Below are positions 27,466 through 39,250 of a stretch of 64,000 nt of DNA, one piece after another (position 1 is the first letter of the stretch; each line of letters begins with the position of its first letter). The position numbers and the translations under genes are program-made. A model generated the notes under the pieces. The model was given only the letters and a program-made list of their open reading frames with translations, searched no databases and was not told the DNA's origin. This DNA is from Squalus acanthias. Its lineage: Eukaryota. The stretch spans positions 52,702,001 through 52,766,000 of the forward strand of contig CM059438.1 of NCBI GenBank assembly GCA_030390025.1. Reading direction: 5' to 3'.

Positions 27466-28593
27466 CTGAAAGTTACATTAAAAATTTTTTTTAAATAGTC
27501 TACTGAAGTGGACAGAAGAGAATATTAATTTATAGCAGGCTACTAGACCAAGTGTATGATGGGAGGGGTTACATTGTGACATAGGCAGTTTCCATGATAC
27601 ATGTGGATGTAGGAATTTATTAAAAATGGAACGGTTGACAGCAAGTGTACACAGATGCAAGCATTTTAATACATTATATTTTATATATCTACACCCATAT
27701 TACATTGCACATGGGGAGTCGAGAACACGTGTAGTTTTCAGGAGAACCAGGGAAAGGAAAAAAAGGGGAGGAGGAGTTTGATTGGCCTTAACAACATTGT
27801 TATGCATTTTTCTTTTTGCTAGTCCTTACCTAGGGGAGAGGGAAGATGGAATTACAAAATAAGCAGCATTAATTTCTAAGAAGGCTGTATTGACATCCAA
27901 GGTATTTTGAACTCCATCAATTGGCAGCGATTGTCACTCGGGCCATTATAATTAAACGGACCTGTGGAGTTTAGAGGTTTCCCTACCCAGAGAAAATGCG
28001 TGGACCAGGAGGAGAGGCATGGAGAACATTTGTGGTGGCAATGAATGGCTCCAGAACAGACCATAAACCAGGTGATCAACAGATTGGAGCAGCAATGACT
28101 CAAAGGCCGCAGGAGAAGAAAGGAAATGGCTAGTCAGAAGTGGGAAGCATGGGCGCACACACCAGTAGGGAGAACAGCAGACTGGGACATTTGTTGGGGC
28201 AGGGAACTTGCCTGCGGCTGGCTGGGGAGCAGTAGCGGGTGAGAATGCAACCACAGCTGACATGATGTGGGAGCAGCTGGAGTACTACAGGTAGGATAGG
28301 AAATTAGAATTTTAATAACTAAAGGGGGAAGATTAAATATTCATAAAATCTTAAAATAAACAAAACTTTAACTTTGAAATCAAAGTTACCGGAAAACTGC
28401 GATGACATCCGCACTGACATAAAAAGTTCAGAAACTGGTTCCCATTATAAATTACAAATTGTGACAAGTTGACTAATGGCAAATTCCATTATAAATATGG
28501 GCAGTGGAATTTCTAATGTTAAAAAGCTGACAGTAAGAGGAAGTCAGGTTGTGCATGCAGAATTAAGATTTTTAATCAGATATATTTTCTTGC

Positions 28594-28728
28594 CTGCTCA
28601 TTTACAACAGCAGCAGCTTCCGATGGATCTTGGCATTTTTTCACAATATCACACACTTCTTGTGCCTCCATAATTCCACTAACTCCATCAGTAGTCAGGA
28701 TCAGGAAACAGTCCTTTGTATGTTGCAA
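28594..28728 (-). CDS. ppm1k-like: PPM1K-like exon (LQHTKDCFLILTTDGVSGIMEAQEVCDIVKKCQDPSEAAAVVNEQ), GC donor
   Basis: 135 nt, TTDG motif, acceptor TACTAG, donor CAG|GCAAGA. Confidence 0.92.
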
Positions 28729-28822
28729 CTAGTAAAGATGTTAAGAAAACTATTGTTAGGACTCAAATGCTTTTGGAAAGAAAAATGCAAGAGACCACAG
28801 ATAAAGCTCAAAGATATTTTAC

Positions 28823-28967
28823 CTCCACTGTGTTGACTTCTGGTTGAGCAGTTACTCCAAAAGGTTTGAGATCCATATCCCCAATGCTACGGGTCATAGC
28901 CAATCGACCGTTCACGTATGGGTCTCCGGCACTATTCCAATCTATGAAACCGCCACACTCTTTAATC
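28823..28967 (-). CDS. ppm1k-like: PPM1K-like exon ([48 protein letters not shown])
   Basis: 145 nt, [15 protein letters not shown]2C motif, GT-AG boundaries in phase. Confidence 0.95.
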
Positions 28968-29202
28968 CTTCATATATATTAAAAGGATTATGAGTATCCA
29001 ATCTTAAAAATTCAAATTATACAATTTCCAACCAACTTAATCTCAAAAATAAGGTATATTTATGTAATTTTTACTATTCAACACCAATTTTGTGAAAGCT
29101 AGACAATATTTATACATACACACTGACTACGAGTGGTCTTGTCATGCATTGCTTGCACTCCTCCACATCCTGCAAGTGACATTTATACAACTACTGCCCT
29201 AT

Positions 29203-29690
29203 TTAGAACAGTAGAAGTTTACAACACAGGAGGCCATTCATCCCATTGTGTCTGTGCCAGCTCTTTGCTCCAGCAATCGAAGCCTGGCGCCAACTGCTCT
29301 GCTTTCTCCCCATAGTCCTGTAACTCCTCCTGCTTCAAATATGTATCCAATTTTCTCTTAAAGGTACAATGGGCTCTACTTCAACCACTCCCTGCTCCAA
29401 CACTAAGAAATTTCTCCCAACCTTTCTCCTCACTCGGTGATGATTTTGAATTGACCCTGGTCACTGACTCCCAACCAGAGGCCATACTACATCAGAACGC
29501 TTCACAATTCCAAAAACCCCTTATTAAATCTCCTTAGCCTTCTCTGCTCCGGTGGAAACATTCCTAGTATCAAAATACGTCAATGGTTTCCCATCCCAGG
29601 TATCGTCCTGGTGAATCTACAGTGTACACTCTATTGCATTAATGTCTATTCTAAAATGGGCCACTCGAGCGAGCTTATTATACTTGTATT
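29203..29690 (-). mobile_element. Old CR1 3' relic
   Basis: CR1 tail TAGAAGTTTACAACACAGGAGGCCATTCA and degenerate ORF2 end. Confidence 0.55.
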
Positions 29691-29717
29691 TTGAAGATGT
29701 ACTCAGAGTATAATTAC

Positions 29718-29883
29718 CTTTTCTTTTCATCGCTCCTTCTTGGGGTGTGATCTTCAGTTAATTGTTCAGCTTTTCCTTCACGACAAAGAATAGCTGGACT
29801 ATCTCCAACACTTGCAACTACAAGCTGAGTTTCATTCTTCAACAAAGCCACAGTTGCCGTTGTTCCTGATCTTAGCAGTGTTC
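29718..29883 (-). CDS. ppm1k-like: PPM1K-like exon ([55 protein letters not shown])
   Basis: 166 nt, SGTTA / VGDS / DHTP motifs, GT-AG in phase. Confidence 0.95.
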
Positions 29884-31779
29884 CTGGAAGGGATAAAAAG
29901 GATATGAATAAAACTAGTAAACCAGTTTACTATTGTCCAACAATGTTTAAACGACCCAATTAAAAATGCCTTGTGTCTCTATCATCACAAGAGAATAGAC
30001 TTAGAATTGATTTAGAAGAGCACGTAAATTTAAAGTCTTCAAAAGTCAAGAACTATGATTGGAGAATTAGCAGGGTAATTAAATATTTCCACATAGCTTT
30101 TAGGCTAATTATTCTCACCTGTACCACTACTTAGCTTAATCCAAGTACAAAATAAAAGTTTCTATTAATTTCAGTATAAAAGTAATACAGCAAAGTTTCT
30201 ATTGTTAAAATAAGTTGGTGCTAAACTCCTCTATAAATCTGTAATGCATTAGGGGTTCCCTTATACTCAAGAAACTGCATTACAGCAAGCTTACAATATT
30301 TACAATGAATAATTAATTAGCATTAGGCTCATGACACATTTAGTACTCGACTACAGCCATTAGAAGGCACAAGAAAAAAATGTGTTCAACTTGATATATG
30401 TATAGTACAAGTTTTGATTTATGTGAATGTACATTTGCAGGAGTGTCCATGTGCACTTAGTTTCACTGTTCACAGAGCAGTTCATTATCAACATTTGCCT
30501 TCCATAGCCGTAGCCCAGCTGATGTTACGAGTTTTTAATAATAATCAATGCAGTTCGGTTGTAGTGATAATTTTCATAAAAATTCCCCACTGTTGAAAGC
30601 TAACTGCCTCAAAACAAAAAGCTGTGTTAATGTTATTGCTCATCCATATGCTTACACAGTGGATCCCATTAGTGTGCATGTTTAAGCCAACAGTAATAGT
30701 TTTGAAACCAATTGAAATAACTTACTAAAATGTAATTGCCCCCATTTGTAGAAATACAAGGCAATCTAAACACAAGTGCTCAACATAGAAAGAAGTATAA
30801 ACTCACGAAGAGTTTACATGGCAATGTTTATAAACATTCGCAGTCTTCAGTAGCCCAGACAAGGAACGGCTGGACTCCTTCACCTAGGTTAAAATATAAA
30901 AGTAGTAACAAACCAAAAGGAAGCCAGGCACAGCTTGTTTAAAAACAGCAACAAAATACTAACACCATTCATGTGCTTCTACATTCCATGCTGTATATAT
31001 TAGAGCAGTATATTTCTTTTGAAAGTGGATATGAATAAGTTTGTTCTTGGCACATTACAAATCAGACCAAGTTATTTATCTGTACAGTTAAACAAACAGA
31101 AGCAATCCTGATTAGCAAGTTAAGGCTTTACTCTTTAACTAAAAGGTTTTTATGAATTTGATAACAGATTGAGGCCAAAATTAGTTACAGAAGGGCATAT
31201 GCCAAGTATCACAACTGCTTGCATCAAGAGAGCTTGAATGATGGAAATGAGCTCATTATATTAGAGAAACACTGTCCCAGCCATGAATTTGCCCTTTTAA
31301 CAGGGTTCTTGTATTGAAATGTTTCCTATATTACCAGTGGTCACCAAGTGCCAGTAGCACAAAATTGCAAATGCATAGCAGGCCCATCAACATCTAAAGA
31401 AAGACACTTTTTTCAAACTGGAAGATAAGGATCCTAAAAAAACAAAGGATAGGGAAGAGGACAGGTTGGAGTTAAGAGTCAGGAAAGCTGATGCCTGTCA
31501 GAGAGGCTGTTAATGGGTTAAATGGGCATCAAGCAATTTTTCAGAGAACTGGCATATGATACATAAAGATGAGTGAAGCAATGAAAGCCATTAAAGCAAA
31601 ACAGCATGAAAATAAAGATTGTGAAAGGCAAAGCAAGACAAAAACCCTCCAACATGGTAGCAAGTGACAACTGAGAACTAAATAAAAGGCATGTGCCATG
31701 TCCCTTCAACTCCCCACTTTAGCTCCTTCATCCTCAAAGTGGAATTGATGTAGAAGTTCAGCCATGAATAGGCGCAAGA

Positions 31780-32222
31780 GGTCAGAATTCGAGAAGCTCA
31801 GTGATCTCGGGAGGGTTGTAGGGCTGGAGGACGTTACAGAGATAGGGAGGGGCGAGGCCATAGAGGGATTTGAAATCAAAGATGAGAATTTTAAAATTGA
31901 GGTGTTGCTGGACCGGGAGCCAATGTAGGTCAGCGAGCACAGGGGTGATGGGTGTACGAGACTTGGTGCGAGTTAGGATACAGGCAGCAGAGTTTTGGAT
32001 GAGCTCAAGTTTGTGGAGGGTGGAAGATGGGAGACCGGCCAGGAGAGCGTTGGAATAGTCGAGTCTAGAGGTAACAAAGGCATGGATGAGGGTTTCAGCA
32101 GCAGATGAGCTGAGATGGGGCGGAGTCGGGCGATGTTACAGAGGTAGAAGTAGGCTGTCTTGGTGATGGAGCAGATATGTGGTCGGAAGCTCATCTCGGG
32201 GTCAAATACGACACCAAGGTTA
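31780..32222 (-). mobile_element. L2 LINE fragment
   Basis: NLGVVFDPEMSFRPHI, TSRLDYSN relic; similar to 22217-22868 and 60691-61510. Confidence 0.8.
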
Positions 32223-33672
32223 GGTATGAGAGGCTGGTGATAACTGTTCATTTCTCTAAATATCGCTACACTGCCTGGATTTCATAATTTCCTCCGCTTC
32301 AAATGTATGATCACTGCCAGTAGACCATCTTTGTCTCACCAACAAACACCTTGTCCAACTCAAAGCTTCCTTGCTGCAACATCGCTCAGTTATTCTCCTC
32401 ACATCTTCATTGAATCCTCGTCCCAGAACTCTTCGTCTGTTCTAAGTGGCACCATTCCCTGTAACCAGCTTTAGCCATGTTGTAGATTAATGGCAGCAAC
32501 CAAAGGAAAATCCAGATTTCATTGCTCACATCACAAACTACATATTTACTATTTAATATGCTTAAAAGGCAGAATAATCAGTCATGTCATCAAATAGACA
32601 TGCAGTGACAGTTGCAACCTGCTGGCATGGTCATCACACTGCCATATAAACTGGGACTGATATTTGAGTCACTGCCAAACCAAATATCAAGAGATTCACA
32701 TCTAAATTGTTAATCCAGTTCAAAACTATATTCCCTAGATCCATAATACTTATCAGAATAAACAAATCCTATAAAAAGTAAATTTCAATTTCAAAACAGT
32801 TTGCTGACCGGAATTTAAATTGACTGCTCTCTGCAATGGTACTGCTCACAATCAGTAACTGGAGTTATTTATTTAGCGCATGCACAGTTGGCATATAATT
32901 CTAGCCACCTTAGACCATCATCATCACCAGCATGTAAAGCGCATAGGCCATCAGATAGTTTAGTTAGTGGGTATGATTCAACGACATGGGGCATGGCTTG
33001 TATTTGTTCACAGAATCCGCAAGGACAACGGGCAAGTCTCCTGCTCCATTTTAACTGCCCCTCTGCCCGGTTTCCGCTGGTGGGGGGTGGGCTGGGGGTT
33101 GTTAAATTTCCCCCCCCCCAATTAAGACATGCTTGAATTAATGAGTCATTATGTCAAAAGCTTCATTTACTTCATGAAACAGATGAATAAGGATCACTTT
33201 GAAGCACTAAACAACATCAAGGAAGAGATATATAACATAGGTTTTCAACAGTTAGGACTGGAGAGAGAGGAAGGCGGTGTATACCAATTACAAAAGATTA
33301 CTGGGGGGGGGGGGGGGCAGAGGATAGTAGAAAAAGGAATACAAAGGTAGCCCAGGGGAGCATCCTTTTCAATGAGTCATCTGTTCTCTGCTTAGTACCG
33401 CTCTAATGCTGCGATCAGGAACTCAGACTTGGAGAGAAAAGAGGAGTCTAATCTGAGGCTCACAAACTGGAGTGCCAATACACTAAGTTTTTATTTTTCA
33501 TTTTAAAGTGCTTTGGAAATCCACAGAAGCAAACAAGCGACAGTACATTGGAAATTTAACAGCATTCGAAATAGTCACTCACAAAATACAACTCATTGCA
33601 TTTGTTGCAACATATGCCACACTCCAGGTTTTAGTAACTGGTAAAATAAAGTACTAGAACTTTACAACTCAC

Positions 33673-33773
33673 CTTCCCCCAAGCCATAAACATTTTGCAT
33701 GAAGTCACTATCTATTTGCAGAAAAGATTTCAACAAGACATTTTCCAAATCTGCTTCTATTTGTAAGTTTCGC
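33673..33773 (-). CDS. ppm1k-like: PPM1K-like exon (RNLQIEADLENVLLKSFLQIDSDFMQNVYGLGE)
   Basis: 101 nt, TTTTAG acceptor, GTGAGT donor, aligns with LETLLTLAFLEID. Confidence 0.9.
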
Positions 33774-33850
33774 CTAAAAATAAAAATACATTTTACCAGC
33801 TGCACTCAAGTTGGTTTAAAATTCAAGTATCGTTAGAAAGTAACACTTAC

Positions 33851-34262
33851 TGAATATAGTGTCGAATGTAGCGGGAACAAAACTTCGCAGCATCAATCCC
33901 TCCATGCCCATCAAAGACAGCAAAGCAGAACAACCCATCAGAAAGTTTAGCGATACTGAAATGATCTTCATTCTCCCTTCTTTTTCCAATCTGGCTTGCA
34001 CAGCCAATATTGGCAATCTTCTCTTTACACTGAAGATCTGCTATTGGAAGTGGCAGAATAACCGGGTCATCTAACCAAATGCCAAAGTTGTCCCAATTTG
34101 GCAACTGCATAGTTCTTTCAACAGCTGCCCAGTTCATTTTAGTGTTAATGGTAGAAAATGGACGAGAGACACAGGGCGCCTGCTGAGATGTCTGAGCTTC
34201 AGTGCTTTATCAGCCACAACCCTACCATGTCGACAAACAAGAGCCATTGCAAGCGTAGCCAT
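33851..34262 (-). CDS. ppm1k-like: PPM1K-like first coding exon (exon 34296-33851); presequence-like frame from ATG 34262 is 1 nt out of frame with the catalytic frame from ATG 34137
   Basis: WDNFGIW, GCASQIGKRRENED, FAVFDGHGG; acceptor TCTCTAG at 34297, donor GTAAGT at 33850. Confidence 0.9.
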
Positions 34263-35384
34263 AACGAAGAACAATTACAGAAATCTTCACAGAAACCTAG
34301 AGAAATAAAAAGAAACGTTATTTGGTTAGATTCGATGTCAAAGTCTGAACTGTAAAGTGAATGTAATTGCGTTACTAAAAATCACAAGTCCATACCAAAC
34401 CACAATCTCCTGGTTCATATCATAGAATAGTACAGCACAGAGGGAGGCCATTCGGCCCATCGAATCTGCAGCCAGCAATATTTTCAACAATTAGGATTCA
34501 AACAAATTACCTATATTGTCATTACTAGCACATTAATCCAAAAAATACAGTCTAATGGTGCACATACATCTTAGAACATACAGAGTAATTATTGCACATC
34601 AGCACCAGCATTGTGTAGTTTGAGGATACATTGCAGGCTTCTAATGTATGAAATTAAGAACTGAATCCTCCAAATGACCAACTATTTCATCTAAATCTAT
34701 CAGACAGATGTTGTCGTCTTATGTCCAAGATGTGCACACACTTGCATCCATCAGACCTCTGGATCACACCCAATATGCAAAGCATAGTTCACACTTGCAC
34801 CTGATTCACAAACAGGATCTGTGAACCATAGATCAGTCAATCACAACTGATCAGTCCAATCAGCAAGTGGGTACAAAAACATCAAAAATGATCAGGCGGG
34901 AAAGAAACCACAAAAGGAAAACAATTAAATCACATTTAGAAAAACTCTAGACCACTTTCTCAGTAACTGAAGTGTACAAGTACAGAAAAAAGGTTCCTAA
35001 AAAAACTTACCGAAAGTTCCACTTGTGCTTTGGAACGTCTCCGTTAAAGTTTCCTTTCAGAGGCTTGTCTGCGCTTCAGAATCCTGAGACGATCATTTTG
35101 CCTGTGTCCTGTGCTCCAGATGCTATTCCTGGGCTTTCTACCTTAGCCTACTGTGCATGTGCAGCCACCCACTCCATGGCCTGCAGATTTGCAATTGTAA
35201 CCTGTATCCTTTGACCTTCCTATATTGTTTGGGCACTGTTTCAATGGGCCTGTGGATATGCTGTTTAATGGTAGGGATTGTCTATTTAACAAAGTATATT
35301 GTTGGGAGCCACTGATGTATGCCAATTATAATAAAACAGCAATTTGACAGGATTATAGCAATGTTAGAATTTGAGCCCAAAAAT

Positions 35385-38300
35385 ATTTATTTTTATTCGT
35401 TCATGGGATGTGGGCGTCGCTGGCAAGGCCAGCATTTATTGCCCATCCCTAATTGCCCTTGAGAAGGTGGTGGTGAGCCGCCTTCTTGAACCGCTGCAGT
35501 CCGTGTGGTGAAGGTACTCCCACAGTGGTGTTAGGGAGGGAGTTCCAGGATTTTGACCCAGCGACGATGAAGGAACGGCGATATATTTCCAAGTCAGGAT
35601 GATGTGTGACTTGGAGGGGAACTTGGAGGTGGTGGTGTTCCCATGCGCCTGCTGCCCTTGTCCTTCTAGGTGGAAGAGGTCGCGGGTTTGGGAGGTGCTG
35701 CCGAAGAAGGCTTGGCGAGTTGCTGCAGTGCATCTTGTAGATGGTACACACTGTGGTGGAGGGAGTGAATGTTTAAGGTGGTGGATGGGGCGCCAATCAA
35801 GCGGGCTGCTTTGTCCTGGATGGTGTCGAGCTTCTTGAGTGTTGTTGGAGCTGCATTCATCCAGGCAAGTGGGGAGTATTCCATCACACTCCTGACTTGT
35901 GCCTTGTAGATGGTAGAAAGGCTTTGGGGAGTCAGGTGGTGAGACAATCACCGCAGAATACCTAGCCTCTGACCTGCTCTTGTTGCCACAGTATTTATGT
36001 GGCTGGTCCAGTTAAGTTTCTGGTCAATGGTGACCCCCCAAGATGTTGACGGTGGGGGATTCGTCGATGGTAATGCCGTTGAATGTCAAGGGGCGGTGGT
36101 TAGACGCCCGCTTGTTAGAGATAGTCATTGCCTGGCACTTGTGTGGCGCGAATGTTACCTGCCACTTATCAGCCCAAGCCTGAATGTCGTCAGGTCTTGC
36201 TGCATGCGGGCATGGACTGCTTCATTATCTGAGGAGTTGTCCATGGCACTGAACACTGTTCAGTCATCAGCGAACATCCCCATTTCAACCTTATGTTGCA
36301 GGGAAGGTCATTGATGAAGCAGCTGAAGATAGTTGGGCCTAGGACACTGCTCTGAGGAACTCCTGCAGCGATGTCCTGGGGCTGTGATGATTGACCTCCA
36401 ACCATCACAACCATTGTCCTTTGTGCTAGGTATGACTCCAGCCAGTGGAGAGTTTTCCCCTTGATTCCCATGGACTTCAGTTTTACTAGGGCTCTTTGAT
36501 GCCACACTCGGTCAAATGCTGCCTTAATGTCAAGGGCAGTCACTCTCACCTCACCTCTGGAATTCAGCTCCTTTGTCCATGTTTGGACCAAGGCTGTAAT
36601 GAGGTCGGGAGCCAAGTGATCTTGGCGGAACCCAAACTGGGCATCACTGCGCGGATTATTGGTGAGTAAGTGCAGCTTGATAGCACTGTCGATGACATCT
36701 TCCATCACTTTGCTGATGATTGAAAATAGACTGATGGGCCGGATTGGATTTGTCCTGCTTTTTGTGGACAGGACATACCTGGGCAGTTTTCCAAATTGTC
36801 AGATAGATGCCAGTGTTGTAGTTGTACTGGAACAGCTTGGCTAGTTCTGGAGCACAAGTCTTCAGCACGACAGCCGGGATGTTGTCAGGGCCCATAGCCT
36901 TTGCTGCATCCAGTGCGCTCAGCCGTTTCTTGATATCACATGGAGTGAATCGAATTGGCTGAAGACTGGCTTCTGTGATGATGGGGACCTCAGGAGGAGG
37001 CCGATATGGATCATCCACTCGGCTGAAGATGTTTGCAAACGCTTCAGCCTTGTCTTTTGCACTCACGTGCTGGGCTCCACCATCATTGAAGATGGGAATA
37101 TTCATGGAGCCTCCTCCTCCCGTTAGTTGTTTAATGATCCATCACCATTCACGACTGGATGTGGCAGGACTGCAGAGCTTTGATCTGATTCGTTGATTGT
37201 GGGATCGCTTAGCCCTGTCTATAGCATGCTGCTTCCGCTCTTTAGCATGCATATAGCCGTGTTGCAGCTTCCCCAGGTTGGCACCTCATTTTTAGGTACG
37301 CCTGGTGCTGCTCCTGGCATGCTCTTCTACACTCCTTATTGAACCAGGGTTGGTTCCCTGGCTTGATGGTAATGGTAGAGTGAGGGATATACTGGGCCAT
37401 GAGGTTACAGATTGTGGTGGAATACAATTCTGCTGCTGCTGATGGCCCACAGCGCCTCATGGATGCCCAGTTTTGAGCTGCTAGATCTGTTCTGAATCTA
37501 TCCCATTTAGCACGGTGGCAATGCCATACAACACGATGGAGGGTGTCCTCAGTGTGAAGACAGGACTTCGTCTCCACAATGACAGTGCTGTGGTCACTGC
37601 TACCAATACTGTCATAGACATGCAGTAGGTTTTTCCCTCGTGTTGGTTCTCTCACCAGCTGTCGCAGACCCAGACTGGCAGCTATGTCCTTCAGGACTCG
37701 GCCAGCTTGGTCAGTAGTGGTGCTACTGAGCCACTCTTGGTGATGGACATTGAAGAGTGCATTCTGTGCCCTTGCTACTCTCAGTGCTTCTTCCAGGTGG
37801 AGTTCAACGTGGAGTACTGATTCATCAGCTGAGGGATGGTAATCAGCAGGAGGTTTCCTTGCCTATGCTTGACCTGAGTCATGCAACTTCATGGGTTCCG
37901 GAGTTAATGTTGAGGACTCCCAGGGCCACTATTTATACCACTGTGCCACCACCCCTGGTGGGTCTATCCTGCCGGTGGGACAAGACATACCCAGGGATGG
38001 TGATTGGACATTGGCTGAAAGGTATGATTCTGTGAGTATGACTATGTCAGGCTATTGCTTGACTAGTCTGTGGGACAGCTCTCCCAACTTTGGCACAAGT
38101 CCCCAGATGTTGGTGAAGAGGACTTTGCAGGGTCGACTAGGCTGGGTGTGCTGTTGTCGTGTCCGTAGCCGGTGCCGAGGTCGATGCCGGGTGGTTCGTC
38201 CGGTTTTCTTATTGTGTTTCGTAGCGGTTTGTTACAACTGAGTGGCTTGCTAGACCATTTCAGAGGGCAGTTAAGAGTCAACCACACTGCCTTGGGTCTG

Positions 38301-38561
38301 GAGTCACATATAGGCCAGACCGGGTGAGGACGGCAGATTTCCTTCCCTAAAAGGACATTAGTGAACCAGATGGGTTTTTACGACAATCCGATAGTTTCAT
38401 GGTTACCATTACTGATAGTAGCTTTTTATTCCAGATTTATTTAATTAACTGAATTTAAATTCCCCAGCTGCCGTGGTGGGATTTGAACTCACGTCTCTGG
38501 ATCATTAGTCCAGGCCTCTCGATTACTAGTCCAGTGACGTTACCACTATGCTACCGTTCCC
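35385..38561 (-). mobile_element. CR1-superfamily LINE with tRNA-derived head + SINE core as 5' end, single APE-RT ORF (decayed), poly(A)-type tail
   Basis: A box TAGCATAGTGG (38553-38543), B box GAGTTCAAATCCC (38490-38478); core 38400-38240; APE start KVLFTNIWGL...DIVILTESYL; SDH; KAMGPD; QFGFR; ALDIKAAFDRVWH; GVPQ.SVLGP. Confidence 0.85.
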
Positions 38562-38689
38562 TTCCTATTGCTTTGATTATGTGCATATTTGTAAAATGTA
38601 AGCCCAGGATAGGGCAGAAAATATTCCAAGATGCAGGTAGGTCACAGGAAGTGTGTGTAGCAGTAGTGGGGAGCCATGGAGGGCAATTG

Positions 38690-39250
38690 CATAGACATAG
38701 AATGTACAGCACAGAACAGGCCATTCAGCCTAACTGGTCCATGCAAGTGTTTATGCTCCACACGAGCCTCCTCCCACCCCATCAGCATAACCTATTCTTT
38801 CTCTCCCTCTCTCGTGCTTATCTAGCTTTCCCTTAAATGCATCTATACTATTTGCCTCAACCACTCCCTGTGGTAGCGAGTTCCACATTCTAACCACTCT
38901 CTGGGTAAAGAAGTTTCCATTGGATTTATTAGTGACTATCTTCGATTTATGGCCCCGGTTTTTGATCTACACCACAAGTGGAAACATCTTCTCTATGTCT
39001 ACCCTATCAAATTTCTTCATAATCTTAAAGACCTCCATCAGGTCACTCCTCAGCCTTCTCTTGTCTAGAGAAAAGAGCCCCAGCCTGTTAAATCTTTCCA
39101 GGTAGGTATAACCTCTCAGTTCCGGTATCATCCTTGTAAATCTTTTTTGCTCCTTCTCAAGTGCCTCTAAATCCTTTTTATAATATGGAGACCAGAATTG
39201 TGGACAGTACTCTCAGTGTGGTCTAACATAGGTTCGATACAAGTTTAACC
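38690..39250 (-). mobile_element. CR1 3' fragment
   Basis: Tail CATAGACATAGAATGTACAGCACAGAACAGGCC; LYRTYVRPH relic. Confidence 0.75.

Noticed and set aside
38465..38561. tRNA gene
   Set aside because: A/B boxes are present, but there is no proper cloverleaf or downstream T-run terminator; it is the head of a retroposon
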